Source of the DNA: Dirinaria sp. TL-2023a
Taxonomy: Eukaryota
NCBI GenBank assembly: GCA_051941275.1
Contig: JAVEBF010000010.1
Span: 1-59,671, forward strand
Direction: 5' to 3'
DNA: 59,671 bases
Below the pieces are notes generated by a model that was not told where the DNA came from, ran no database searches, and saw nothing but the letters and a program-made list of their open reading frames with translations. This document shows positions 1 to 13,765 of this stretch, one piece after another. A program made the translations under genes and the position numbers. Position 1 is the stretch's first letter. Each line of letters begins with the position of its first letter.

Positions 1-137
1 TCTGAATACATTCGTCGAAGCCAAAAGTCCTCATTGATGAGGGCATCGTCTCTTGCAACTCGCTACTGACAGTAGCGAGTTGCAAGAGACGATGACCTCA
101 TCAATGAGGACTTTTGGCTTCGACGAATGTATTCAGA
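1..137. repeat. Near-perfect palindrome (68-bp arms, 1-nt spacer at 69, one mismatch)
   Basis: 1-68 is the reverse complement of 70-137 (…CGCTACTG A CAGTAGCG…); the single mismatch is g43/a95. Confidence 0.95.
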
Positions 138-1389
138 ACCCCAGCTTTAATCGTTAGAATAATGTCTGATCATGAAATTTAAACGAAGAACAGACCGTGT
201 CTATATAGCGGCTTCAAAAGATATTTCTCCCTGCATCAACCTCTCGAGTATGCAGGAGAAGAAAAACGGCCAGAGTCACTACTACTCACATGCGCCGTTC
301 TCTCTTTTCCATCAAAGCTTGAACGCCTTTTAAAGTCTTTCTATTCAGGTCGATCATGTTTAATTCTAGTAGGTGGCCTAATTGATTCTGTATCATCCGA
401 GGCACGGGTTTAATATCGTACCATGCGGAGTCTCGATCTTCGATAGCTGTCATTCCTAGACTTTCATCTCCAGAAAATTGCCACTTAATCCTCATAAGCC
501 GGAGGGTTGTATACATTTCTAGACATTGTCGAATGATCGGAGTCTTAATGAATTAGCTCGGGACTTACAAATCGAGAGATTGCTCACGTCTTTGTAAAAC
601 TGTGCGAGACGGAAGAAGAAGGCAACAGGATGTCGAGGCGCACACGCTTCACGCAGAGCAAATTTAACGCAGCTCTGTACGTATGACGATATGTCGACTC
701 TGGCATTTGTTAGGCAGTAGGCAGTGGTGTCCGCAGGGTGCCAACCCGATGAGTTCTGCTGAAGAACGCGAGTCTGGTTTTGGTGGATTGCGAGGAATTC
801 GTAGCATTCGACGTTTAGAGTTGAACCGTCGGGGTATTGCCGCAAATCTACTGTAGCCCGAGAACCCGACCCACTCGACCGCACGGTTGTAAACAGGATT
901 TCATATGTTTGATTCATCCCTGCGAAATCATTAGTCTATTATGATAGCAAGTCAAGAGTAATGCACATTTTTCGAAGGGTTTGTGCTGAATAAGTCGTTC
1001 TCGACTGCAGATTTGAATTGAAAGCCCGAATTTGACACATTGTGAACAGCGAGATTCCTCGTCGTCCATTTTGCACTAATACGAAGTCAGTTTTCAATTG
1101 AGATGCTATTAAGTAAACAGAATTACCGGTTTGCTAATAGCCCAACACCTTACACATCGTCCAGAATTTTTGCGAGGATAAGATTGGGGTTCTCCAAGGT
1201 GTTGTGTAGCCAGAGCATCGCCGACAGTGAGCGCTTGTTCGAAGCCTGATGATGATTCATAGTTGGCGTCGTCACGACGAATCGAAATAGGATTGAGTTC
1301 AGCAGTTGATTTAGGCTGTGGTCAGGGCAAGAGATTTTGTTGAAAGTCATGGTCGTTGGCTGAAAATTGACATTGTGCATCAACTGCAC
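70..1389 (-). pseudogene. Degenerate multi-exon gene of unknown function (resembles the C-terminal region of some fungal Zn2Cys6-type regulators)
   Basis: ORF pieces 917-519 and 516-286 continue through TGA (M*VVVTLAVFLLLHTREVDAGR, GF*IHSSKPKVLIDEVIVSCNSLL). The reading is cut at the palindrome centre. The 5' end is uncertain. Confidence 0.4.
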
Positions 1390-1821
1390 TCAGTGACAGG
1401 TCGACACCTGACGACTGTCCGAAATTTGAGGATGCTGCATATCCTGCGCATCAATAACCAGCCAGGTCGGAGTGAGTCTCTGAATTGGAATAAGGCTGTG
1501 AATTGAATAGAGATACCGCCTGATTGGGAACGTTTGGGGCAATCTGACTACATCCCATGTAGTTCCATTCATAGTCGCATCAGTCTGCGGAAGTGAGACT
1601 TAAGTTCTCCGAGTCATCGTCATGTTGAGCCACTAGATGATTCTGCTGATCAGATAGGGGCACTGAATAGCCCCAAGCTTGCTGAAAGATTGACTGATTC
1701 ATTTTTTTGACATAAGATTGGTTGCGGCAACTTCGCTGCGACGAAGTTTGGTCCAGGCGCGTGCACGTGCGCGGAATCTCGCCGGAAACTAAAAAGTTGC
1801 GATATCTGCAAGGCCTTGGCA

Positions 1822-4800
1822 ATGGAAGACGCTACTGCGGAACATCTGTGCATGCTTCTCACCATCGCCTATCAAAGGATGGCGGTAGATGATGCCTGGG
1901 TGACAGTCAAGAAAAGTCAGTTTGATTGTCTACGCCAGCACTGCGAACATTGTTCTAACTTCCGTGAGCAATTGCAAGATTTATCGGACGGACGTGCGGT
2001 TGTCATCCTCTCTCAGAGTCCATCTGAGGAGCCTTTTAAGAAACGGAAAACTGTGTACGAATCAGGATCTCAAGAAGCGTCGCAGTCATCGCACTCGTCA
2101 CAGCAGCCCGAACCACAACGATCATTGCAGCTATCACAGGAGCCTGAATCGCAATTTTCATCACGATCTTCACACATTGCCCAATGTAAAATACCTAAAA
2201 GACCACGTGCAAAAGGACCACAAAAGAGATCACAACAGAAACCACGAAAGATTGAGGCTGTGGAGTGATTTCTACGAAATGCTCTCAAGGTCACTGAGTG
2301 GCGCAAGAGACAGACCGAACTTGACTTGAATACTGTAGAGCAGTACGAGCAAACTATTCGAGCTTTCATCGACCGCACCAATGTCATAGCTGAAAGAGAA
2401 ATATATCAGAGAGAGGAACATTTAGAGCACGAGTTTATCGAGTTGGCGGAAAGATTCGCCTTGCTCACTAAAGCTTTCTTTACGAACGCCAAACGTCAGA
2501 GATCGTTTGCCACGTTTCAAGCTCTTATCTTGCTGTCATATTGCGAGGTTCTCAGGAAAAGGGACGTTTCTTACGAAACTGTTGATCGAATAATTGAGCA
2601 TATTGCTGAGGAGCGTGATCGTCGAAGACTACTTAGCAGCGCCCGGTGGATAAATGACGTTATTGTTGACCTGGTCAGCCATGATTGAACAATTTATCGG
2701 GTCACAGAACTGTTCTTTATTGATGTGTTCTTTGAACTCTCCACTTGCGAAGTTGAACTCATTCCTTAGACGCGCTATCTCTTACCAACCTTACCCATAT
2801 CCACAATAACGAAAATTTAAAATCAATTCTCAAACGTCTCAAAGCAGATGAGTTCGTGAAACATGATTACAGCGATTGTCTAAGATCTGAGTACATCATT
2901 CCCGGTCTTATTGCATCTCTACTTAATGCATGCAAAGTAACGGCTAACAGACTGTCGTATGGATTTCGGTCCGATTGCAAAAGCAATACTGACGAGAAAG
3001 GAATAGAACTGATGAAATTTGCGCCTCTCTTGATTACAATTCGGATTGCGTGCCGAAGTCCGTCGAGAGCACATACAGAGTTCATGCTCCTTCTAGAAGC
3101 ACCCCGGTCACTCCGCGTGAGCTTGATTTCGAGGTCTTGGTGCCAAGTTCCTTTCAAAGCAATGACGGGTCTCTGACTTCAGATGAGATCAACAAAATCT
3201 AATTAAGGTCCAAACTGATACCTGAATCTAGCATCAAATTTCTATCCCACGATCAGGGCATCCAATCCGCGCCGCTTATATACTGAAGGGAGCAGTCAAC
3301 AAAGCATGACTTTTGCATGTGCTGCCACGGATGAACGCGCCATTACTGATCATCTGTCGTCCGCTTTTGAGCGCTCGATCGATGATCCTAGATATTTAGG
3401 AATGCATCGCCAGGAAATTTGCAGTTCATCATCTGCATTGGCCCCCAGCAGTCATTTACGGAACCCTCTTCACGACGCTTCACTGAACACATTGAACATC
3501 CCGTCAAGAATCCGGACCTTCTCGGATGATGAAAAGCGTTGTTCCGCTACTATAACTCACTGCGTCCAATCGTCGTACGCGTCGCCGATATCAAACGTTA
3601 CGCCGGTATCTGCGTCGCATCTGTCGGCGTCTTGGGATGAACGACTTCTGAAGTTGGAACAGACTTCATCAGACGCAACTACACTTCTGAAATTTTTACA
3701 CTTATTACAATCAGATGAGATCCCTGAGATTATATTTTGTCGCATGTGGACCACACGTGAATGTTGGAGTTGCGATGGCGAAATCGAACACGTGAACGTT
3801 TTGCTGAATGGCCCGCTTGTCGACCTTCTAACAAGCCAATCCCAATTTCACGAAAATATTCAACTTCTTGAATCTCTTGAGTTTATCAAATCAGAATCTG
3901 GCCGTTTAGGCAAGCGGAAATTCTCAACCAAGCTAGAATTACAAGACCGCATAATAGACATGACACAAAATCTACAAGAGCTAGAATGGTTACGCCTGAT
4001 CCTTGTCTGCCATTCATTTCCTGAGAGACTTGAGGAGATTGAGTCAGTATCCAACACACTTAACTCGACAGATTTGCTAATTATTTACTGAATAGCTTTG
4101 GGGATACAGAAAGGACACTGCTACCCCAACTCCGACATGCTTTTACACACTGTCAAGGCCTCAGGAACAGGATACTTACACACCCCTCAGCTGGACATAG
4201 CATACTACTAGCTCTTTTGCTGTCCTCGAAACTTCATGACCGAGATTGAAAATATCGTGCTGTCGAGTTGACCGAGGAGATCTTGTCGGATCTTCCGCTT
4301 TTTGATCATGGAGCATTATATCTTCGGATGTTCGCAAGACAACGAAGGAGAGATCTTTCGCGCAGAATTCCAAATTCATTGATAGAAAGTGCTTACGAGG
4401 AGCTGTTGCTCATTGACCCTAGAATTAACGCTCTCTATGGCGAACATCTTCGATCAAATGCACAGGACCGAATTATGGAAGGTTCTGATGACCTGAACGA
4501 TGCACTCGAGGAATTGAGAAAATTTGAGATTTTCCGTGTCTTTCGAACTACGATCGAGGAGCAAGAAAAGAATCACCATCTCTTTATTAAGGAGAAAATC
4601 CATCGTTGAAAAGCCTCCTTCTTCGAAGCAAGCGAGATATTCTACCGATTACTGAAGTCGAGACCAAGTCTATCGAATGAGATGGGTTGCAATCTCACTG
4701 ATCATTATATTGCAACTCTTTGTGAACAACGCCGTCTAGCTTTCGCAGAGAAGAGCGCACGCCAGGCGATTACGAGCTGTAAAGACTTCGATAACCAGGG

Positions 4801-5359
4801 TCTAAAGCGACAAGGCCTGAAGATGTTCAGATCTTTACAACTCTCGTTAGCAGAGACGCTGATCTGCCATATGCTAGTCGAAACAGTCGACGATGGAAGA
4901 GACAATGAAAGGATGAACCAGTGACTGATGGAATCCGAACGCATGTACGACGGGATGAAAGAAGAATGTGAATTTATCAAAAGAGGCGAGGAAGGCACTT
5001 GGGGCTCAGAATTCGACTATTTGAGGATCTGCATCGGGAGAGCTTTAGTCTCACATCTGGCGAACCGCTTGACTGAAGCTCACAATCGCTGACAGGATGC
5101 GCGGAAGTCTGCTGAGATTTGTAAGAACAAAGTTACAAGATTCATCCTCATGCTCATCGACTATTGCGATTGTGATATGAATATGAAGCTCGGTAGATTG
5201 GAAGAAGCGGAGAAACTTCGAAAACGGGCGAACAGCTGCTTCAGTGAAGTGGGGCGTGAATACTGATGGACAGGCTGAGGAACCTTTTTGCTCGATTGGC
5301 TCAAGGTTTCGATTCCGAATAGTGACATAGATGCTGGAAGAGACATCACGCCTAATTGA
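1822..5359 (+). pseudogene. Large degenerate multi-exon gene (possibly two); C-terminal part helical/TPR-like
   Basis: Consecutive plus-strand ORFs (1816-2268, 2326-2688, 3306-4091, 4268-4609, 4682-4924) are linked by in-frame TGA stops and intron-like gaps. The IPEIIFCRMW…W segment and Ala/Leu-rich helical repeats resemble the C-terminal parts of fungal NLR-like proteins; no P-loop seen. Confidence 0.45.
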
Positions 5360-5579
5360 AATTTTTGCTTTCTCGCCCCCTGCTTCTACTCGTTAATTGA
5401 ATGTCGCGTTCATCACAGGTCCGCTTGGAGGGGTTTGTGTTTGAGTTTGCCGTACGTCATCTTTCAAATGCTGCGCGTATTGCCGAGTCTCCTCCCCACC
5501 CACCTCCTTGCTGCAACATCATTGCAACATGTCATTATCAATACCCTTGCGATTCGCGAGGAGCTTTAGTCTTGCTCGG

Positions 5580-6760
5580 ATGCGTCCAACTGTTCCGTCT
5601 ATCGACTTCAAACCCTTTCTTTATGGCTCTGCTGGCGACCGCCAGCGGATTGCCTCTGAAATCGACGAAGCCCTAGGCTCCGTAGGCTTTATTCAGCTTC
5701 TCAACCATGGTATTGAGCAGCACAAGATAGACGAATGTTTCCAATGGGTGAGTCCAATCACTCCCAGCTGTAATACCTCCGCGTCAGTAGCTCTAAATGC
5801 TGATTCGACCGCGAATTGCAGAGCAAACGTCTTTTCGCCCTTTCAGAGTCCGGGAAGCGGTCAATCCGTCCATCTTCTCCATCACATAACCGCGGGTACT
5901 CGAGTATAGAAAACGAGAAGGTCCGCGACCGAATGTGTATGAAAGAGAATTTCGATTGTGGCAATTCAGAGAATCATGAGCGACATAACAGCTGGTCGAC
6001 GAAGGAGCTGCTACCAGGCTTTCGCCACTTTACGAAGGACTTCTTTCAGGTACGAAGTCCTCCTATAAAGTACTACATAAGTACTTGGAGGTCTGACCGC
6101 TCTGTAAAAAAAATTTAGAACTGCGCTCAGCTTATACATCAACTGCTTCAGTGCCTATCCCTAGCGCTAAATCTATCCCCCAAAGACTCGCTCGACCAAT
6201 ACCACGCCAGTTCCCTTTTCGATTTAAGCCTCATTCATTATTCTACCGTATCCCTCTCATCTAGCGGACTCGCCCGTAACCCAGCGCACTCTGACTTCGG
6301 CACCCTGACGCTTCTCTTTCAGGACGAGGTTGGCGGCCTCGAAATAGCAGATACGAGCTCCACGAATAGTGAGATAAATGCTACGGTCGAAAGAAGCGAG
6401 AGTTTCGTACATATTGATCCGAAATCAGGCACGATTCTAGTCAACGTGAGATATTTGCTTATGAGGTGAAGTAATGACCGCTGAAGAAATACCGTTCATA
6501 GAGTTTCAGAGCCTCCTCATTGAAAGGACCAGATCTTACAGGGTTCGAAATGCAGCGATAATGCTGAAAGAACCAATGATAGCGTGAATGTGATACTCGA
6601 AAGATACAGTATTGCTTATTTTAACGCTCCTGACTCTGCGACGGTCGTTGAAGCTCTTCCGTGCTGCTGCGAAGACCAGGCACCGAAAAGATGGAAGTCT
6701 GTTAATGCAGACGATTATCTTCGTAGGAAAAGAGCGACGATGTACGCTCAAGAAGCTTAA
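5580..6760 (+). pseudogene. 2-oxoglutarate/Fe(II)-dependent dioxygenase (IPNS/DIOX family), inactivated
   Basis: N-terminal VPSIDFKPFL…GFIQLLNHGI; HSDFGTLTLLFQDEVGGLE (HxD); MR*SNDR*RNTVHRV with TGA at 6467 and 6482 where Trp is expected; two introns (~5748-5821, ~6049-6118). Confidence 0.9.
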
Positions 6761-6920
6761 ATGAGTACACTGAAGAAGCATGAACAATTAACATTGTTGA
6801 CTCCACTATGCAGTTTTCCCTTTCCATTCTTAACACGAAACTGTATTCAGCAAAGCACATAAGTTTTGGGTGAGAAAGCTTTCGAAGGCTCGCACAACAA
6901 AAATGAGACCCGAAATGGAT

Positions 6921-7207
6921 TACACCATCAGCAGTGACGTGCACCCAAAGTGACCTACAACACGAGGCGTGATTCACACCATCAGCAGTGATGCACACCC
7001 AAAGTGGCCTACACCACGAGGCGTGATCCACATCATCAGCAGTGGCGTACACCCAAAGTGATCTACACCATCAGCAGTGACGTGCACCCAAAGTGGCCTA
7101 CAACACGAGGCGTGGTTCACATCATCAGCAGTGATGCACACCCAAAGTGGTCTACACCACGAGGCGTGGTCCACACCATCAGCAGTGACGTACACCCAAA
7201 GTGGTCT
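6921..7207. repeat. Tandem repeat: 54-bp unit organised as a 143-bp higher-order unit (54+54+35) duplicated twice
   Basis: ACAYCATCAGCAGTG starts at 6922, 6976, 7030, 7065, 7119 and 7173; 6922-7064 aligns ungapped with 7065-7207 with 8 substitutions. Confidence 0.95.
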
Positions 7208-7360
7208 GTCCATACCACGAGTCACAAAAAGATTGTTCCGTCCAGCAATACACCGATTGCGGCAGCAGTGAATTCATTGACCGTCCAAAACATCTTGCGT
7301 AGAAGGAAACCCTGTGGGTGGAATACTTTGAATTTATCTACCCGGAGACTAACGCAAATT

Positions 7361-9228
7361 TCATTGATTTGATTGATAATTCATTTCCAACAAACTCAAT
7401 CCGACATGTAAATAGCCTCGCACAAGCCTTCGCAAATCATCTCGAATTTTCTGAGATTCAGACACTTCGGTGTCCATCAGTAAATTATCATGATCGATCG
7501 AACAAGGAGCCTTACTCATGACAAGCATTTCACCGCCCTTCTTTCTTTCCTTTGGCCCGCTCAGCATTTTTTTCACAGATGTCAGCTTCACATCTCTAGG
7601 CCCAGGAGCTGCGTCCACGAGCGTGTCTTCATCCCGATCTTCTTTTCCCTTTTTCATCGCATCTGACTTATTCGATTTATATTCTCTTAATACTTCCCCT
7701 CGCAATACATCATCCAGATTCATCGTCCCCTTATGAGTAGAGATCCGCCGATGTTGGCCCTCGTTTAAGAAGCCATGCTCATTACGTTCGGACGCGAAGT
7801 AGATGGAAATACGTAAGATCTAGACGGGTTAATGATGCCAATCTCGGGATGAAATTTGTATTTCACGTACGTAGCTGTCATCCAGTGCATCGTCCTTCAA
7901 GACTTGATTCAAAATCTCTTGCGTCGATGCCTCATCCTCTGTCATCGTTAGCGACTAATCCATCAATGACGACCTGCGCACTTATCGATGTTTTCTAATT
8001 GCCAGACCAAGCGAATTCGCCGTGTGCGGGTCGTGAAGTCGTTGTAGTCTCGAATCAGTTGTCGAAGATATGGCAACTGGGCGGTTATTCCAAATCCCGA
8101 AGCGACCATAAGAACCCGTTCATATTCCCCCAGAGGAGCGCTGGCCTCATGCGGACCAGTGAACAATGCTACACGGAAATCGTTCCAATCAGACCCGCTT
8201 TCGTATCTGGCCAGCCGCTGAAGTTTGGACGTGAACCCTTTCTGAGAATCGATCAGTAATTCCAGTTTCGTCTGCTCGTCTTCCTCGCAAGACGCTACTA
8301 TGAACGGATGACTTTGCAGAAAGAACCAAAAACTGACCGATGGTATCCATAGATTGATATACTGTCCTGGGTTGACCTTCAATTTGCCATGAACGGTGAG
8401 GCTTATCATGAAGCCGCCGTCAGTCTTGATGATCACTGCTCGTGGGAGTCGTCTCCGAAATACGCCGTTCCGATAGAAGCTGGCAAAGAGCTGAATCACG
8501 AATGTGAAGCCGAAGATCCCAGCCGAAACATAGAGACAGATCTGATTGACGAGTGATTTAGAACTCAGATGACGCCAGAGCACGTACTCAATCAGGAACG
8601 CCAACGCTTGGTGGCTACGAAGGAAGAATTCGTACGAAAGCTTGCGAATGAAGCGTAATGAGAGTACCATTAAGAAGCTGAGAGTAGATATACCCTGTCA
8701 GTCTATAAGTGAAGTGTCGATGGAAGTGATCATGTGACTTACGATGAGCAAATAAAGGTTCCCGAGCACGCGTAAAGAGTACGTAGGGTCGTGATGAACG
8801 GCAGCGAATGTGTGTAGCGCGACGAGTGCGAAAGACATTATCCCTACGGAGCGATGAATCCGTCGATAGTTGAAAAGTGACAGACCCAACAAATCGACTA
8901 AGAAGCTCAGATGAAGATCAAAGAAAAGCGGCGCCATGTTGATTATCGAAAGAGTTCCTGCCCTGTCTCCCGCTTCGTTGAAGGAAGTCATGCGAAAGAT
9001 GACGCAGAAGACGTTGAGTGAGATATACAAGAGCTGAAGCAGAACGTCGGCGGGACTTCACGGCCTCAAAAGACGATGACGTCGCACGATCAATGGATAG
9101 ATGAGATACCTGAATATGATAATGTTAAGCGATCGGAGAACTTGCTGAATGAATGGAAAATCTTTCATGAACATCAGAAGAAGGAAGAAGCCGCCTGCGA
9201 CGATAGCATAGATTTGAGCAATCTTCAT
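7361..9228 (-). pseudogene. Ferric reductase / NADPH-oxidase-like flavocytochrome (Starship-type FRE), probably inactivated
   Basis: TM His motifs (RRIHRSVG, LHTFAA, RSHQALA), FAD-binding QSHPF, GPHE (GPHG expected), NAD-binding VLMVASGFGITAQLPY; C-terminal exon ends …RDDLRRLVRGYL…NYQ. A donor near 7985 reads GATAAGT instead of GGTAAGT. Confidence 0.85.
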
Positions 9229-9336
9229 GATGAACCGATAATATGATGAGAACGTGCAAGGAAAGTTGGAGCGAAGATCGTGAGGAAGAGATGAAGCAAC
9301 GAGGGTTGACTATATATTGAAGGGCACTAGGAGATA

Positions 9337-9450
9337 TCAGATGTGGCAACAGAATCTGAGTCCAAATTTGACTGGGAGGAGGGAGCGGGGTTGAGAAATG
9401 GCTCCACAGCATCCAGAATTGACTGCGGAGCATCCAGAACTGACTGCGGA
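9337..9450. promoter_or_regulatory. Cluster of CArG-like dyads upstream of the ferric reductase
   Basis: CCAAATTTGA 9362, CCAGAATTGA 9413, CCAGAACTGA 9434 (CC-N6-GG once the local GG->GA change is reversed); TATA-like TATATAT at ~9311. Confidence 0.5.
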
Positions 9451-9635
9451 ATGAAGTGCTATGACATACACAGTTGCTGCTGTGACTTTCGGAAAGACAG
9501 ACTCCGAACTATATTTCGGACAATGGCTCATTTGCGCTATGGAATTGGCGTGACCTAACAAGTCGAAGATAGGATACAAAGTATGGAGTCGCATAGGAAG
9601 TCAATGAACCACACTGGAAGTAGGAACATTGCGGC

Positions 9636-10853
9636 TTACCACTCCATCGTATAAAATCTGCGCGATGAGACTTGGGTGATTGACACCAACAAGCCGAGGT
9701 CATCCTTCTTCCAATCATGGAGAAAGGCATGCTTCAAAGATTAGGGTTATCGTCATCTGAAGAGGGCAAATTCACTGACCTGCAAAAGCTCTTCTGCGGA
9801 AGCAGACATAATCTTCGATGAGAACTCTTCAGCCGTAGAAGACCAACGACGTAGATCGTTTGCTGCGGCCCCCTCACGCTTTCCCAACAATTGTCTCATA
9901 ATATCTTCGACAGCCTGAACGTCCGAATGCCCCCTTTTGATTTCTTTCGACATGATCGTACAGCGCTCCTGCATACTGATTTTGACCTCACCGTCATCGT
10001 TCAAGAGGACAGATGAGCAGGTGATATCGTCATGAACCAGATCCTTGGACTCGAGGAACTTGATACCGCTCAGCATCTGGGCTCGTCAATGCCGGCGTTT
10101 GGGTGAAATAGACTGAAATTCTATCTGACCGACTATCGATGTCACGTGAGTCTCTTTCGGGTGAACGGGGGCCGCGACGACTTGAATCAGGGAAATTGAC
10201 ATATGTTCAAGAACAACGTAGAGTTCGGCTTCGAATTCGTAAGCATTCGTGCATCTGACGAAATACTCCCCTTGGACCCGAAGGAGCATAGAGAGACTGA
10301 TATTCCTGCTTGAGTCTGAGAGCTTTTTTACCGCGACCACTTCCGAAGCTGAATGACGTTTTGCCACTCCAGAATTCGAACGTTTCTTCTTCGCTACGGT
10401 GACAAGTTCACTGACCCTGAGGTTATAGCCTTCGTCGTACGACCGCCAAGAAGATTCTTTCTTCGTCTTGAAAGATGCCTTTTCGTTCAACTTCTCAGTA
10501 GCGCCGTTTTTTCTAGACGTCCTCTCGGCAGAAGCAGATTGACTGAAAGAATGAAGACCGCTCGGCGGAGATGACTCCGCCTTTCCAGTGTCCTGTTCAA
10601 CGGCAGGTCTTTTAGAAGTTAAACGTTTTCGGTCCGCAGAACTGACGATACGTTCATCACCTTCTTTATCGGGGTATGTTCTATTCCTTTTTGATTTGAC
10701 AGCAATATCGTTATGAGTATTCGACGAGTCTCGGGTGTTTTTAGATGATGAGGGATTGCCACTGACTGATGACACATCATTCGAAACGAGTGAAGGGGCT
10801 TGAGAATGTTTCAAATTAACTTGTGTAAATCGCTTGGTGAAGTGAGAATCCAT
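9636..10853 (-). pseudogene. Degenerate protein kinase-like gene, head-to-head with DUF3723
   Basis: VVAVKKL (subdomain II), LYVVLEHMSISL (V), LSGIKFLESKDLVHDDITCSSVLLNDDGEVKI (VI-VII; no canonical HRD/DFG); Ser-rich N-terminus; the donor near 10124 reads AG|ATAG. Confidence 0.75.
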
Positions 10854-11233
10854 TCTAGATATCGCGCGACGAAGCGTCGTCAGTGACCAACGAAGAATGA
10901 ACAGGAAGGTCGTAAAGCACAGGGACGGAAAGTACGTAGAAAAAGGTGTAGAGAGAATCATTTGAGATACGGCGGAAGATCGATGAACATACTTTTCTAT
11001 TTACAGAGTAGCACAGAGCCATTTGATGATCAAGATGACATCCACTTCTGACGTCTTGGGTCGTCAGTTACGGCGATGTCCTCATCTCTCAAGATGCATT
11101 AGTCACCCCAGTTTCTGACTGACTCGATCCTTCTCAAGTCTGATCGTAAAGTCTCATTGATAATTCCTCAATGTCGAATCTTCTCTTCTGTGAACGGAGG
11201 TGATGATGCTGATCATCAAACGATGCTCTCGTG

Positions 11234-13765
11234 ATGCAACGTACTCGAGTACAAGCTCAGAAAGAAAGTCTGAAGCGAGAGAAGCAGACGAAGTATAAAG
11301 GCTCAGCACGAATCAGACTCGAACATTTTGATTTCTCGAAGAGCGAACCCGACGTGCCCGATAGATCCAATGTGAAGAATTTGATATCAATTTTCGAAAG
11401 AGAAGGTTGCTTTCAGCAAGATAGCAGGCATCACGTGACGGTCGTGATCGACCGCGAACAATTAAACCTTGCTACTCATTCCACTGGTATCTCTTCTACA
11501 GTGTTACTCGACAACACGCAGACCGAACGATCTGAACTACAATTTCCCTCAGAATTTCGGCTTGAATGTCTTCACGGTCGGTGTCGGGTTCAAGCGGGGA
11601 GGGAGATGACCCCTCCCCAGCTTTGATGAACCGTGGATCTGTACCTGGCCGATATGATCGACTGACCTGTAATTGAACAGAACATCTCTCACTCACACCT
11701 CTAGACTTGAGCGACGATCTGAGGACCTACTTGACCGAGCAATTATCTAATGAGAAGAAATCTACCGACGATGAAGCATACCGCAAGATCCGTCAACATT
11801 ACCTCAACCCGCTTACAGCGGCTCGATGATGGGCATGTCTGACAGAGAACAAGCAACAGGAGTTGAGGAGGCTGTTGCGAAGAGAAGACTACGCAGCGGC
11901 TTTCGACGCTCTGTTGCCTTTCCCGAATCTGTGGCCGGACGGAATGCGGTTCGGCGTGACGAAAGCCATGATCGGTTCGAAATGTGATGAGATAGGCCAG
12001 CCCTTCCTATGTATTGTGAGCCTACTAGACTATCAAGCCGCAGGAGATGTTTCATTATCTTGACCACGTCAGGAGATTCTGGACCGACTTAGTTCGACAC
12101 GACAAGCACGATATGCAGAAGGTGGACTATATTACGGTGAAGGCGCTAGAACTTAAAGCATCGGACACGTCGACATCTGACAGCATGACTTTATATCGTC
12201 AACTGAGAAAAGGGGAGATATTCAGCGCATTCAACTTGGACCGTCGCATGAAGATCTGAGCGAAGCTACAGGCGTGGGAGGGTCTCATCCCCACTCTTTG
12301 GACTTTCTTCGAAGACTTCAAGTACCTCCAAGCCTGCGCCTATTGAGTGAAGAGATTGATAAAGATGTCTCCTAGAGGAACTCTGTATACGGCGATGGCG
12401 CGGAGTTTCTCCGAAATGAATCAGAAAAGAGGCAAATGCATTATCCAGAAAGCGGAATCGATCTTCACTTTCAGATCCAACACTACTCAAAACCGCGTGA
12501 CTCTACACTATCGACAAGTGTTTCTCTACATCATGCGACACCTTCGTGAGCTGTCACCAGATTCCACGAAATTGAAGCCCAAACCTAGTGAGAGAAAGAT
12601 TCGAACGACGAAAGATCTCAATAGATCCGTACTGTATGAACTGATCGACTTGACGGAGCGGCTAGGGTTTAAGTCGAAGAAGATCAGCGATTTGAAGACG
12701 AAGAACTCTAGTCATGCAGACGGACGATCATCGTTCGGGCAATCGAAGCCTGCGTACGTCGTCGACGGACCTGAAGAGTGCCAGGAGAGAAGATGTGCAT
12801 GTCCCTTCGACCTGGCGTTTGAGCAGAGCAAGGACTTTCTTTTCCTCGATAACATGTATAATATCGACAAAAGCCAAGGGAGCAGTATTCAACCCGTTTT
12901 CGTGAGGAGGTCCGTTTATCTGACTTACTTTGATAGACGAGTATCTTATTCGGAGCCTGAATTAAATGATCAGAACAGAGAAAACGGCAATCAAGAGCAA
13001 GAACGAGACCTCTCGCGAGAAGACATAGATCAAATATACACACCTCAAGAGCAATCAAACGCGGAGGAAACGCGAGAGGATCGAGATATAAGCGAATGAC
13101 ATGATTATATGAAGCAGCTGAGAGACACGAGTCATCTGTTTGAAAGTTCGCCCCGTTCACAGAGTGTTCAGAGAAATCAGAAACCTCAATCGATGATCGA
13201 CGTCGAAGAGTTAGTAACGTATAATGGCGAGAGAGAACAGGGTTCGATGGCGTCTTCTATAATTTCATCAAGTTTTTATTCAGACGAGATCTTGTCCGAA
13301 GAGAGCCCGCTCGAAGAAAGGGTCTCATTTGAGGAAACTCCTCTTCGGCCAATTGCTTCAGCGCCCATGGAAGCTACGGAAAAGGACGAAACCCTTCAAG
13401 AACGGTTCAAATTCATCTTTCGCGACGGAGACAATTGAATTACAATGAAAGAATACTTTTTCGATTCATCTCTTTCCTCTTCCGTGGAGCTCACGGCAGA
13501 AAAACACGCAAGAGAGAGACGATATCTATTTGACACAGCTCTTTGGTCATTGCACCCCTCGGAATGCTTTGAAGCTGCTATGGCAAATGGCACGCACGTC
13601 ATTCTTCTACTTCCAGCAGAAAGAATTTGTATATCCCAGCAGCTCGCCGCATCTGCTTCCCAATTGGGTGATAACGTCAGATCATTCAAGAATAACACTA
13701 GAAAGAGAGTTGTCAATGATGACATCTCTACGGAAGATCAGACACGAAAGAAACAAGTTCTATAA
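11234..13765 (+). pseudogene. DUF3723-like protein (Starship auxiliary gene), copy 1, inactivated
   Basis: KYKGSARIRL, CLHGRCRVQAG, **TVDLY (WWTVDLY, TGA TGA at 11624-11629), SNEKKSTDDEAYRKIR, AFDALL, YLDHVRRFW, GEIFSAF, IPTLWTFFEDFKYL; several TGA stops and mutated donors. Confidence 0.85.

Noticed and set aside
6921..7207. CRISPR-like array
   Set aside because: The 'spacers' are themselves repeated, the context is eukaryotic and there are no cas genes; it is a minisatellite.
6702..7372. ORFs over the tandem repeat (6702-7052, 6974-7225, 7004-7372)
   Set aside because: They are open only because the 54-bp unit lacks stops; no protein-like features.
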